A stretch of 64,000 nucleotides of DNA from Eledone cirrhosa. Lineage: Eukaryota. The position numbers and the translations under genes are program-made. The stretch lies in assembly GCA_964016885.1 (NCBI GenBank), contig OZ024742.1:340008001-340072000 (forward strand), written 5' to 3'. Positions 29,931 to 43,762 of this stretch are shown here, piece by piece (within the stretch, counting starts at the first letter, position 1; the number at the start of each line of letters is the position of its first letter). A model generated the notes under the pieces. That model was not told the DNA's origin. It made no database searches and was given only the letters and a program-made list of their open reading frames with translations.

Positions 29931-31606
29931 TTGTATTAGAATGATATGAAAATATTTTATACACTAGATAAAAGATAAAGAAGGAGGTAGGAAGAGAAGG
30001 GGAAGCGGGAAGTGAGTAAGGTGGAGGGAGTCTTAGGGTTTAAGACTGTCAGACTAGTAGAGATTGTGAAGAGAGAATGTTTTGGCAGCAGTTAGCTTAA
30101 TGAGGCGTGCTAAGGTTGGCTGGGAAGTAGATACTTCTAGTGGTGTTGTTCGGACAAAATTTAGTTAGAGGGGTCAAAGTGGTACAATGTCACAGACAAG
30201 TTATTAGGGCTATTATAGTAGCAGGTTATTTCTAAAGGGGTCCAGAAAAACAGTGTTTAGTACTATTATTATAGAAAGTCATATCTAGTGTATAAACATA
30301 TAAGACAGAAATTTGCAAACGTTGGTGTAAAAAGGTAACATTATATGCATTTAAAAAAAGAAAAAGTCGTTTTCAAACGATGGTTACAGTATAGAGAACG
30401 TTCAATATATATATATATATATATATACCAATGATGGTTGGAAGATCACTGATGAAGGACTAACTTTATTCATATATATATATATATATATATAAGAGAG
30501 TATTGAAGTTTGCTTGAAGCATTGTGGAATAATAAACAGCGGACAAGAGAGGCCACGTATCGTTCCCCTCCTACAGAAAACTTCCCCCCTCCCAGTTGAT
30601 GGATGCGAATCCGAAATATAGGGACAATTAAATCTCTCCCAAGGTAACTCTATCTCGTGTTGTTATTTTTATTTTTTACGCTCTTTCCTACGTTCCGCTA
30701 CACACTATACATCTCATTCTACATTCCCTTACATCTCCCTCCACCACCGGATTCTGTTACCCGGAGAATTACCCATCTGCATTGTTGAGGCTTCCAAAAC
30801 GACCATATATATATATATATGGGGGGGGGATTACAAGTTAAATCTAGTAAGACTATTGAACAGCTTAGTACTCGATACTAGGTATTTTAATGATTTTCTC
30901 CCCTATGGCTGAACTCTTACCGTTTCGGCGGCAGATACCCAGATGCTGTCGAAACGGGAAGAGCTCAGTCGCAGGGCAGAAAATCATTATAATATTTCAA
31001 ATGTACATGATGTCCCCATGTAAATGGCAATATTAATAGTTCGGAAACGGAAATAAGGGGACTGAGGCACATGCAAGTAATCGAACCCATACCTCTCCAA
31101 TTCGGACGAATACCATAACGACTACCCTAGAAGATTTTAAGTAGATAGGTGTAAACAATTGGTTGACTTAAGAAGCATTTTCCACTTTTTCTAGCCCAGA
31201 GTTACTTTATCCGATTATTCAACTAATCTAATGAAAGTCTAGTATTATTATATTCTTTTACATTGGGACGAGTTCATTTCTAATTTCAAATGTTCCCTTT
31301 GCTTCTTATGTCTTAGAGTTCTTTATACTTCTAGGAACAGGAGTAAAGTATTCTAACAAGATGCAATTAGTGGATATGGGCTCATTAGAAGTGCGGTTAA
31401 ACCCCTGGCATGACATCTGAGAATATATGGGGTTAGATTCCTCGTAGGCGCCTCTGTTCATTTTTCAGATTTCCACTGGATTTCACCCGACGTTTCAGAT
31501 ACTATGCATATTACATTCTTCTGAATATTACATTGCAGCGAGTAGATCCCTAACTCTCAGTTCTTCATAAGTTAGCCCCCCCCCCCCCTCCACACACACA
31601 CACACA

Positions 31607-31658
<52 letters not shown>

Positions 31659-32663
31659 TACACAACATACAGAAACATACCCTTTTGTACCTTTTATTAT
31701 AATAAATTACTGTATTTTGAGTTGTTTTAACTTCTCCACCTACCTCGTTCCAACGTAAAAAAACGACACACACACACACATACACACACACATACACACA
31801 CACAGAAACACACATGCACACACACAGACACACACAGACACACACACACACTCACACACACACAGAGACACACATACACACACACACACTCACACAGAGA
31901 CACACATACACACACACACACTCACACACACACTCAGACACACACAGACACACACACAGACACATACACACACAGTCACACACACATATATATATGTATA
32001 TATGAATGTATGTATAGTATATTTGGCAATATACTGTATGTTTAATTAAATATATATATATATATATATACACACATAAATATTGTCTGTGAAAGTACTG
32101 TGCGTGCGTGCACGTGTATGTATGTATGTGTTTGCATATATGCTCGCTTGAATGTGTGTGACGAATGTGTGTGACATGTGTATATGATATCGTGTCACCG
32201 GTATCTATACAAATGCAAACAATGTGTGCACCAAAATGCATACACTTGCATTTATCTTCTGATTGATTTGTTTATTTATTTCTTCATTTAGAGCAAGAAA
32301 CGCTGTCTCCCCCCCCCCCCACACCACCACCGCTACCACCTTCATCATCATCAGTGCCATCACCACTATCAACATCACCATCGTCGTTCTTCTCCACAAC
32401 ATATATACATGTATATGTACACGTGCCCATGCAACTATGGAAGCACGTATAACACGTGTCATACCCCCGTCACCCCCCGTCACATCCCCCCCGTCACACC
32501 CCTGTTACACCAGTGTGACATTCTCGTTAGTATTTATTTGACAGCACGACATATGCCAATCGACTATCTCTCACCTCTCTCCCTCTATCTTTTCCTCCCT
32601 TCTCTAAAAATCCTCTTTCTATTCCCTCTCTCCCCCTTTTTCTCTCTCTATCTCTCCCACTCC

Positions 32664-32694
<31 letters not shown>

Positions 32695-32799
32695 TGTGTA
32701 TGTGTGTGTGTCTGCACGCATTTCAATCTATCAATCTATCTATCTATCTATCTATCTATTTATCTAGCTATCTAGCTAGTTAGCTAGCTATCTAGCTAG

Positions 32800-32870
<71 letters not shown>

Positions 32871-33315
32871 TATGTATGTATGTATATGTGGATGTGTATA
32901 CCTCTTGGTTACCGTTCTTTTAAGTGATTTTATGTTCATTAATTTGGTAACTCGATCACTGCCCCCTCTACTCCCTCTATCCCCCTACCACAACCACCAC
33001 CACCATCATTCCTACCCAGCCAACAGAAGGACTTTGTTCGGACCATTAAACAGGCGGCCCCAGATGATTGATGCTACATCCTGTATTACATGTAATCAAG
33101 ACACGGAGTTGAAGACGAGGGCGGGGGTGTTGGGAGATATGAAACATTTTAAAGAAATTAATTTAATACATTAACAGCTGTGGTGTGTGGGTTAGTGGTG
33201 ATGATTGACAGTAACTTTAGAGCCAGGCTTTGGTCCTAGGCACTTAACTCCTGTTGGAGTCTTAGGGGTGCCATAATGATATCTTCTGTATCTTGGGCAT
33301 TTAAATGCATGGTGT

Positions 33316-34150
33316 CAGATCAAGTCCCTTCCCAGACAGTTTCAATGCACAGGTTCAAGTTAATTCACTTGCCAGACAGTTTCAACATAGTCTGAGAACA
33401 AGTTTCTTACCAGACAGTTTCAACACCCAGTCTCAGATCCAGTCACTTCCCAGACAGTTTCAACACCCAGTCTCAGATGCAGTCACTTCCCAGACAGTTT
33501 CAACACACAGTCTCAGATCAAGTTCTTCCCAGACAGTTTCAACACCCAGTTTCAGATCAAGTCACTTCCCAGACAGTTTCAACACGCAGTCTCAGATCAA
33601 GTCCCTTCGCAGATAGTTTCAACACTCAATTTCAGATCCAGTCACTTCCCAGACAGTTTCAACACCCAGTCTCAGATTAAGTCACTTCCCAGACAGTTTC
33701 AACATAGAGTCTCAGATCAACTCCCTTCCCAGATAGTTTCAACACAGTCTCAGATCAAGTCCCTTCCCAGACAGTTTCAACACCCAGTCTCAGATCAAGT
33801 CAATTCCCAGACAGTTTCAACACCCAGTCTCAGATCAAGTCACTTCGCAGACAATTTCAACATACAGTCTCAGATCAACTCCCTTCCCAGACAGTTTCAA
33901 CACACAGTCTCAGATCAAGTCCCCTTCCCAGACAGTTTCAACACCCAGTCTCAGATCAAATCACTTCCCAGACAGTTTCAACACACAATCTCAGATCAAA
34001 TGACTTCCCTGATAGTTTCAACACCCAGTCTCATTTCAGGTCACTTCCCAGAGAGCTTCAACACACAATCTCAGATCAAGTCACTGAGACTGTGTGCTGA
34101 GACTTTCTGGGACGTGACTTGATCTGAGACAGTATCGAAACTGTCTGGGA
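33316..34150. repeat. 40-bp minisatellite (~19 copies) ending in an inverted segment (34085-34150)
   Basis: Unit CAGACAGTTTCAACACCCAGTCTCAGATCAAGTCACTTCC. Confidence 0.95.
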
Positions 34151-34711
34151 AGAGAGGAATTGCAAAGATAAATAAGGCGGGATTGAACCCTAGAGTGCAG
34201 AGAGCTGGAATAAATATGGCAAAACATTTTACCTAACAGTCTAACGACTATACCACTTCGCCACCTTTCTTGTCTGTGTACTGGTCTCAATTTTACTAAT
34301 TTTAAAGTGGAGTGGTTGGCAGAATTGTTAAAGTATCGGATAGAATGACATGGTCGCTCTTTACATTCAGAATTTAAATCCCACCGAGGTTTAACTTTGC
34401 CATTCATGCAAGCCGTTCCGATGAAATAAAGTAGCAGTCAAGTAACAATTTGCCTTCCCCTAAATTTGCTGGCCTTGTATCTAAATCAGAACTCCACTCT
34501 ACCCACCACATTCCACCCTAAACATTAATTGTTTGCGTTTGTCTCTTTTTATATTTTAATAAATCTTTGTTTATTTTGTGTATTTCTAAAGGTGGGGGAA
34601 AGTACCATACAGTAAAAGAAACTTCCAACAAGGTGAGACTGCAATCTAATTTTTATTCTCAATTGAAAACAATAACGACTATTTCACAAGCTCCACGTAC
34701 ATGATATCATT

Positions 34712-34769
<58 letters not shown>

Positions 34770-34919
34770 TTCACTCTCTCTCTCACTCTCTCCCCCTCTC
34801 TATTTCTTTCACTCTCTTTCTTTCTTTTTTCTTCCATACTTTCCTTCTCTCATCCTTTCTTTTTGTTTTTTCTTTCTTTCTTTCTTTCTTTCTCTTCCTT
34901 TCTTTCTTTCTTCATTATT

Positions 34920-34955
<36 letters not shown>

Positions 34956-35123
34956 TTGAGGAATTTATTCAAAATCCGTAAGTTCCGAGTTCAAAACCCA
35001 CCGCGATCAACTTTACATTTTCTTCCTTTAGTGAGTCAATAGTTCAAGTGACAACTAGGAATGAATGAGTTCTACTTGTAGTTCAAAGAACCAGTCATGT
35101 TACATGTATATTTATTTTTTAAA

Positions 35124-35304
35124 AATAATTGTTTCTACTTTTGGCACAAGGTCAGCAAATATCCAGTACATTACTGGTACTTTATTTTATCGCCCCCGTA
35201 AGGATGAAATGTAAAGTTAACTTCGGCGGGATTTGAACCCAGATCATAAAGGGCTGTAACTCTATGCTTCAAGGATGGCGTCAGGCCCTCTACCGATACT
35301 GGCA
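35124..35304 (-). mobile_element. OR2-like SINE
   Basis: Reverse complement of consensus. Confidence 0.8.
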
Positions 35305-35430
35305 AATAATATTTTAAGGTTTCCCTTTAAAAATATTGCTTTTCGTTTTGTTTTGTTCGTTGTCTTGTCTTTCTGGGTTAATTTTCTAATGTAACGTACG
35401 TGTTTATCGCTTCTTCCCATTTATGGTAGT

Positions 35431-35506
<76 letters not shown>

Positions 35507-35554
35507 AACATATATATATACATGTATATATATATACATATATATATACACACA

Positions 35555-35815
35555 CCAGTTAGATGTGTTCCACAAGGGATGTTTGAGATCCATCTGTGGT
35601 CCTGTTCCAAAAGATAAAATCTCCAACAACATTGGGGCAATTGAAACTTTCCTTATGCAATCTCAACTTCGTTGGGCTGACCATGTCATCCGCATGAGTG
35701 ACGACAGAATTCCAAAAGTCCTCATGTATGGTTAGATTACCAGCGGCAACAGGAAGGTTGGTAGACCATGGCTACGATATAAGGATAAGTTAAAATCAAG
35801 TCTTACTGAAGACAG
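35555..35815 (+). mobile_element. RTE-clade LINE 3' fragment (pseudogenic)
   Basis: QLDVFHKGCLRSI...QSQLRWADHVIRMSDDRIPKVLMYG*..G.RKVGRPWLRYKDKLK. Confidence 0.85.
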
Positions 35816-35947
35816 ACATAACATCTGCCTTCAAGAAACCACTGGTAAATGAAATAATTATCTTATGTTGTTTATTACATAACTAATAAGCTCTGTAGCC
35901 TACATAGAGCACTCTTTTTTCCTGTACCTTTCCGACGGAAATACTTC

Positions 35948-35978
<31 letters not shown>

Positions 35979-36135
35979 AAATATATAACTGAATAACTTT
36001 GAAATGTTTCGGGCAGTATTGGCCCAGGCCATGTCTAACTTAATAGCATCACCTGGCGAAGTCTTTCAATTCAGGATTTGGGCACCATTGCCCATTCGAG
36101 AATATATATATATATAACAATATATATATATATAT

Positions 36136-36184
<49 letters not shown>

Positions 36185-36200
36185 CAATATATATATATAT

Positions 36201-36253
<53 letters not shown>

Positions 36254-36278
36254 ACAATATATATATATATATATAACA

Positions 36279-36360
<82 letters not shown>

Positions 36361-36380
36361 CAATATATATATATATATAT

Positions 36381-36434
<54 letters not shown>

Positions 36435-36500
36435 ATATATATATATATATATATTGTTATATATATATATATATAACAATATATATATATATATATATAT

Positions 36501-36581
<81 letters not shown>

Positions 36582-36604
36582 TAACAATATATATATATAT
36601 ATAT

Positions 36605-36667
<63 letters not shown>

Positions 36668-36798
36668 GATAAATCTACCAAGAGTTTACGGTAGTGTCCA
36701 ATCCGTATGAAGAACTCAATGTATTCCGGATATCATGGAAAGAAGAGATGTAATGAAAAATCACTTTCGGTGAAAGATAAACGGTATACAGAGTCAAG

Positions 36799-37215
36799 AT
36801 AAAATATTAAACAAATAATGAATAAACAATGAAAACAGTTCCTTATATTAAACAAAAAAAGTTCATTATTTAACGATCGTTTCTAGGATATATATGTGTT
36901 AGAATTGGCATGCATATTCAACAGATCTATGTACAAAATTATACAAAATTATACAAACTATCAAGATTAAATATACATACCAACACATATATACGCCGTC
37001 TTCAGAAATAATTATTTCTGAAGACGGCGTATATATGTGTTGGTATGTATATTTAATCTTGATAGTTTGTATAATTTTGTATAATTTTGTACATAGATCT
37101 GTTGAATATGCATGCCAATTCTAACACATATATATCCTAGAAACGATCGTTAAATAATGAACTTTTTTTGTTTAATATAAGGAACTGTTTTCATTGTTTA
37201 TTCATTATTTGTTTA

Positions 37216-37224
<9 letters not shown>
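36799..37224. repeat. Perfect spacer-less palindrome, 213-bp arms, centre 37011/37012
   Basis: ...GCCGTCTTCAGAAATAA|TTATTTCTGAAGACGGC...; arms read as exact reverse complements. Confidence 0.95.
37011..37158 (+). ncRNA. Type I hammerhead motif with ~115-nt stem II (mirror copy on - at 36865-37012)
   Basis: ATTATTT CTGAAGA CGGC GTATATATGTGTTGG...CTAACACATATATAT CCTA GAAA CGATCG TT AAATAAT; 7-bp stem I, palindromic ACGATCGT. Confidence 0.75.
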
Positions 37225-37260
<36 letters not shown>

Positions 37261-37302
37261 ATATATATATATATATATATTGTTATATATATATATATAT
37301 AT

Positions 37303-37476
<174 letters not shown>

Positions 37477-37614
37477 CAATATATATATATATATATAACA
37501 ATATATATATATATATACAGAGGGAGAAAGAGAAAAGATTCTGCGGTCATATTTGTTGATGTTTAATACAGTTTGGAATAACAAAATCAATAACAATAAC
37601 AATAAATAGTGAAG

Positions 37615-40107
37615 GGTGGTGTGGTGGTAGTGGTGGTGTGGTGGTAGTGGTGTGGTGGTAGTGGTGTAGTGGTAGTAGTGTGGTGGTGGTGTGGTGTGGT
37701 GGTAGTGGTGGTGTGGTGGTAGTGGTGTGGTGGTAGTGGTGTGGTGGTAGTGGTGTGGTGGTAGTGGTGGTGTGGTGGTAGTGGTGTGGTGGTAGTGGTG
37801 TGGTGGTAGTGGTGGTGTGGTGTGGTGGTAGTGGTGGTGTGGTGGTAGTGGTGTGGTGGTAATGGTGTGGTGGTAGTGGTGTGGTGGTGGTGTGGTGTGG
37901 TGGTAGTGGTGGTGTTGTGGTAGTGGTGTGGTGGTAGTGGTGTGGTGGTAGTGGTGGTGTGGTGGTAGTGGTGTGGTGGTAGTGGTGAGGTGGTAGTGGT
38001 GTGGTCGTAGTGGTGTGGTGGTAGTGGTGGTGTGGTGGTAGTGGTGAGGTGGTAGTGGTGTGGTGGTAGTGGTGTGGTGGTAGTGGTGGTGTGGTGGTAG
38101 TGGTGTGGTGGTAGTGGTGTGGTGGTAGTGGTGTGGTGGTAGTGGTGGTGTGGTGGTAGTGGTGTGGTGGTAGTGGTGAGGTGGTAGTGGTGTGGTGGTA
38201 GTGGTGTGGTGGTAGTGGTGGTGTGGTGGTAGTGGTGTGGTGGTAGTGGTGAGGTGGTAGTGGTGTGGTGGTAGTGGTGAGGTGGTTGTGGTGGTAGTGG
38301 TGGTGTGGTGTGGTGGTAGTGGTGTGGTGGTAGTGGTGTGGTGGTAGTGGTGTGGTGGTAGTGGTGAGGTGGTTGTGGTGTGGTGGTAGTGGTGGTGTGG
38401 TGGTAGTGGTGAGGTGGTAGTAGTGTGGTGGTAGTGGTGTGGTGGTAGTAGTGTGGTGGTAGTCGTGTGGTGGTAGTGGTGAGGTGGTTGTGGTGGTAGT
38501 GGTGTGGTGGTAGTGATGTGGTGGTGGTGTGGTGGTAGTGGTCGTGTGGTGTGGTGGTAGTGGCGTGGTAGTAGTGGTGGTGTGGTGTGGTGGTAGTGGT
38601 GGTAGTGGTGTGGTGGTAGTAGTGTGGAGGTAGTGGTGTGGTGGTTGTGGTGGTAGTGGTGTGGTGGTGGTGTGGTGGTAGTGGTGGTAGTGGTGTGGTG
38701 GTAGTGGTGTGGTGGTAGTGGTGTGGTGGTAGTGGTGTGGTGGTAGTGGTGGTGTGGTGTGGTGGTAGTGGTGGTGTGGTGTGGTGGTAGTGGTGGTGTG
38801 GTGTGGTGGTGGTGGTGTGGTGTGGTGGTAATGGTGGTGTGGTGTGGTGGTAGTGGTGTGGTGGTAGTGGTGTGGTGGTAGTGGTGTGGTGGTAGTGGTG
38901 TGGTGGTAGTGGTGGTGTGGTGTGGTGGTAGTGGTGGTGTGGTGTGGTGGTAGTGGTGTGGTGGTAGTGGTGTGGTGGTAGTGGTGTGGTGGTAGTGGTG
39001 TGGTGGTGGTGTGTGGTGTGGTGGTGTGGTGGTGTGGTGTGGTGGTAGTGGTGGTGTGGTGTGGTGGTAGTGGTGGTGTGGTGTGGTGGTAGTGGTGTGG
39101 TGGTGGTAGTGGTGTGGTGTGGTGGTAATGGTGGTGTGGTGTGGTGGTAGTGGTGTGGTGGTAGTGGTGGTGTGGTGTGGTGGTAGTGGTGTGGTGGTAG
39201 TGTTGGTGTGGTGGGGTGGTAGTGGTGTGGTGTGGTGGTAGTGGTGTGGTGGTAGTGGTGGTAGTGGTGTGGTGGTAGTGGTGGTGTGGTGTGGTGGTAG
39301 TGTTGTGGTGGTAGTGGTGTGGTGGTAGTGGTGTGGTATTAGTGGTGGTAGTGGTGTGGTGGTAGTGGTGGTGTGGTGTGGTGGTAGTGTTGTGGTGGTA
39401 GTGGTGTGGTGGTAGTGGTGTGGTGGTAGTGGTGATGTGGTGTGGTGGTAGTGGTGTGGTGGTAGTGGTTTGGTGGTAGTGGTGGTGTAGTGTGGTGGTA
39501 GTGGTGTGGTGGTAGTGGTGTGGTGGTAGTAGTGTGGTGGTAGTGGTTTGGTGGTCGTGGTGGTAGTGGTTTGGTGATAGTGGTGTGGTGGTAGTGGTGT
39601 GGTGGTAGTGGTGTGGTGGTAGTAGTGTGGTGGTAGTGGTGTGGTGGTAGAGGTGTGGTGGTAGTGGTGTGGTGGTAGTAGTGTGGTGGTAGTGGTTTTG
39701 TGGTAGTTGTGTGGTGGTAGTAGTGTGGTGGTAGTGGTTTGGTGGTAGTTGTGTGGTGGTAGTAGTGTGGTGGTAGTGGTTTGGTGGTAGTGGTGTGGTG
39801 GTAGTGTGTAGTGGTAGTGGTTTTGTGGTAGTTGTGTGGTGGTAGTAGTGTGGTGGTAGTGGTTTGGTGGTAGTGGTGTGGTGGTAGTGATGTGGTGGTA
39901 GTGGTGTGGTGTGTTATGGTGGTAGTGGTGTGGTGGTAGTGGTGTGGTGGTAGTGGTGTGGTGTGTTATGGTGGTAGTAGTGTGGTGGTAATGGTGTGGT
40001 GGTAGTGGTGTGGTGGTAGTAGTGTGGTGGTAGTGGTGTGGTGGTAGTGGTGTGGTGGTAGTGGTGTGGTGGTAGTGGTGTGGTGGTAGTGGTGTGGTGG
40101 TAGTGGT
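37615..40107. repeat. ~2.5-kb G/T-rich 14-bp satellite (GTGGTGGTAGTGGT)
   Basis: Continuous 14/17-bp variants. Confidence 0.95.
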
Positions 40108-40121
40108 ACTGGATTGGATTG

Positions 40122-40343
40122 TATTGTTGTTGTTGTTACTGTTGTTGTTGTTGTTCTGGTTGTCCTGGTTGCTGTTGTTGTTGTTGTTGTTGTCCTGGTT
40201 GCTGTTGTTGTTGTTGTTCTGGTTGCTATTGTTGTTGTAGTTGTTGTTGTTGTTGTTCTGGTTGTTGTTGTTGTTGTTGTTGTTGTTGTAGTTGTTGTTG
40301 TTGTTGTTCTGGTTGCTGTTGTTGTTGTTGCTGTTCTGGTTGC

Positions 40344-40380
<37 letters not shown>

Positions 40381-40399
40381 CTGGATGCTGTTGTTGTTT

Positions 40400-40434
<35 letters not shown>

Positions 40435-40565
40435 CTGGTTGCTGTTGTTGTTGTTGTTCTGGTTGCTGTTGTTGTTGTTCTGGTTGCTGTTGTTGTTGTT
40501 GTTCTGGTTGCTATTGTTGTTGTAGTTGTTGTAGTTGTTGTTGTTGTTGTTCTGGTTGCTGTTGG

Positions 40566-40596
<31 letters not shown>

Positions 40597-40688
40597 CTGG
40601 TTGCTGTTGTTGTTGTTGTTGTTGTTGTTCTGGTTGCTGTTGTTGTTGTTGTTGTTGTTCTGGTTGCTGTTGTTGTTGCTGTTGTTGA
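40122..40688. repeat. (GTT)n array punctuated by CTGGTTGCT
   Basis: Direct reading. Confidence 0.9.
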
Positions 40689-40801
40689 TCTGCCGCCAAT
40701 CAAATGATTCGATTCCTCCCTTTGATCATCCTACCATTCACCGCAATTCCCTACTTTATACCTCACCATGGTTACTTACCTGTGCAATAATGATGTCAAC
40801 C

Positions 40802-41525
40802 ATCACCACCACTCCTACCACCACCACCACTATTACTAACGTTAACAATAACCACCACCACTCCTACCACCACCACCACTATTACTAACATTAACAATAA
40901 CCACCACCACTCCTACCACCACCACCACTATTACTAACGTTAACAATAACCACCACCACTCCTACCACCACCACCACTATTACTAACATTAACAATAACC
41001 ACCACCACTCCTACCACCACCACCACTATTACTAACGTTAACAATAACCACCACCACTCCTACCACCACCACCACTATTACTAACATTAACAATAACCAC
41101 CACCACTCCTACCACCACCACCACTATTACTAACATTAACAATAACCACCACCACTCCTACCACCACCACTATTACTAACATTAACAATAACCACCACCA
41201 CTCCTACCACCACCACCACTATTACTAACATTAACAATAACCACCACCACTCCTACCACCACCACTATTACTAACATTAACAATAACCACCACCACTCCT
41301 ACCACCACCACCACTATTACTAACATTAACAATAACCACCACCACTCCTACCACCGCCACTATTACTAACATTAACAATAACCACCACCACTCCTACCAC
41401 CACCACCACTATTACTAACATTAACAATAGCCACCACCACTCCTACCACCACCACCACTATTACCAACATTAACAATAACCACCACCACTCCTACCACCA
41501 CCACCACTATTACCAACATTAACAA
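40802..41525. repeat. 49/46-bp minisatellite (~15 copies)
   Basis: Unit ACTCCTACCACCACCACCACTATTACTAACATTAACAATAACCACCACC. Confidence 0.95.
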
Positions 41526-42259
41526 TCATTACCACCACCTTCACCAACATCATCCTCCTTCACCATCACCTCAACCGTTACCACCACCACCACCACCACC
41601 AACAAGAACAATACCTACCTCCACCACCTGCACCACCTCCACCTCCTCCTCCACTACCACCACCACCACCAACACCACCACCACTACTACCACCACCACC
41701 ACCATCACCACCATCACCACCACCATCACCATCACCACTACCACCACCACCACCACCATCACCACCATCACCACCATCACTACCACCACTACCATCAACA
41801 ACAACAATCCCTACCTCCACCACCACCACCACCTCCACATATGATTGTATGAGTATAAGAGTATATAAACGTCACGTGTTCTACAGTAGTATTACAGATA
41901 TAACACAAGACAAGTTGAAGACTATGGCATCTGGACAATGACTTCTGTGTTGTGAACAACACAAAACACGTGGCTTCTTCCTAAGTAGAAATCTATAAAA
42001 TACAGAAGAAAAAAGAGGATTAAAGAAAGTCAGTTCGAAACGTCTTTATTGACATAACACAATGACACAATCACGACAGATTTTACTTCTTACAGCTATA
42101 TATTGTTTGCAGTTAATGTGTGCACGTATATATATATACATACATACATACATGCATACATACATATATACATGCATACATACATATATGTATATATATA
42201 TATTTCGTTTCTGAATTTGTTTAGCAAGATTCTTTATCTGAAAACGTGTGTTGAAATCG

Positions 42260-42864
42260 ATATTGTTATACTTTGGGAGGGTCATGTTGCCAATAAGAAA
42301 CACACGCACCAGTTGTTTAACTCCAATTTATTATAAATTAAATTTATAAATTTAAGAATTTATAAATTTCCGGTTGGTTGGTTGGTTCCACAACCGGACG
42401 GTTGTTGATATATTGTCAAAGTTCTTTCGTCACACATTCTGTGACCTCTTCAGTGACCTTCTTTGTTTTTGTGCCTCTCCTTTGCTCTGTCCTACGTCAT
42501 CTTGTTTTTTTTTGTGTGCTGTGTGCCTAGTTTGCGCATGTGTTACATCCGGGTGTCTGTGTGTGTTTACATTTGTTTATTTATTTGTTTATTTACATGT
42601 TACTGGTTGGTTGTTTGTTCTATGTGTGTGTGTGTTTTGATTTTGTCCTTAATTGTAAGTTGTGATGTTGCTATTCCATTCATGTGTGACGAAAGAACTT
42701 TGACAATATATGAACAACCGTCCGGTTGTGGAACCAACCGGGAATTTATAAATTCTTAAATTTATAAATTTAATTTTATAATAAAATTTATAATAAATTG
42801 GAGTGAAAGTAACTGGTGCGTGTGTTTCTTATTGGCAACATGACCCTCCCAAAGTATAACAATA
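42260..42864. mobile_element. Family C fold-back element, ~180-bp inverted arms
   Basis: ATTGTTATACTTTGGGAGGGTCATGTTGCC... vs ...GGCAACATGACCCTCCCAAAGTATAACAAT. Confidence 0.85.
42415..42457 (-). ncRNA. Minimal type I hammerhead motif, family C
   Basis: Minus: GTCA CTGAAGA G GTCACA GAATG TGTGAC GAAA GAAC TT TGAC. Confidence 0.75.
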
Positions 42865-43100
42865 TATATATATACATGTGTGTGTGTGGAAAAACTAAAC
42901 AGAAATAAAACAAACTTTACAGTACAATGAACAAATATATTAGTTTTGCGCTTGATATTGTAGGAAAATAGTGTTTACGTCCATCAGAAAATAGAATAAG
43001 AAATTGAAGAAGTAGAAAGAGAGAGAAGAGTGAGCAGATGCAGAAAGAAAAACAATTTTGGGAGAGAAAAAACAAAAACAGTTCTGTTCAGGTCACCAAC

Positions 43101-43149
<49 letters not shown>

Positions 43150-43174
43150 GCTCAGCCGTCGGGGTCCTGAACCT

Positions 43175-43231
<57 letters not shown>

Positions 43232-43659
43232 GCTCAGCCGTCGGGGTCCTGAACCTTTTCATATATATATATATATATATATATATCAATAATATTAATA
43301 AAAGGAAGCATTTTGGTACGCTCTCCTCAGATAGAATACAAAAGTTGGTTTACAGATAATGACTTATGCAAAATGTTGGTACCCTTGAAATATATATAAT
43401 AAAATAAATATGGTTTTATAAAGACAGCTTCCATTTATTAATCTTATTGATATTATATTCCAGAAGGAATTTGTTGCGTGCTTCTAATCTTTTATAAACT
43501 AAATTTGTTGAATAATCAACAAATTAAATAACTCAATATATATATATATATATATAGTAATAATAATAAATTTGAAGACGAAAATCCAAAGAGGGTTCGA
43601 TAAGGATAAATATATATCAAATACATAAGAACCGTAGAGCAAATATTTATTAAAATAAA

Positions 43660-43762
43660 AGATTAAAGTTTAAGCAAATAATCGCTGCTTTCACTCTTAA
43701 CGGGTTCTTCTGAAGATCCCGTTAAGGGTGAAAGTAGCGATTCTTTGCTTAAACTTTAATCT
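43660..43762. repeat. Hairpin centred on a hammerhead CTGAAGA box
   Basis: ...CGGGTTCTTC T GAAGATCCCGTTAAGGGT GAAA G...; stem II (A/T)CCC GTTAA GGGT. Confidence 0.7.

Noticed and set aside
33316-34083. CRISPR-like regular repeats (also 24041-24560, 25085-25800, 40802-41525)
   Set aside because: No unique spacers and no cas genes; eukaryotic tandem repeats
35806-35840. CTGAAGA CAGA..TCTG..GAAA as hammerhead
   Set aside because: Wrong spacing before GAAA, no stem I, and it lies at the end of RTE coding sequence
41908-42050. TTGAAGA...GAAACGTC possible long hammerhead
   Set aside because: Core mutated, and stems I and II too weak to support
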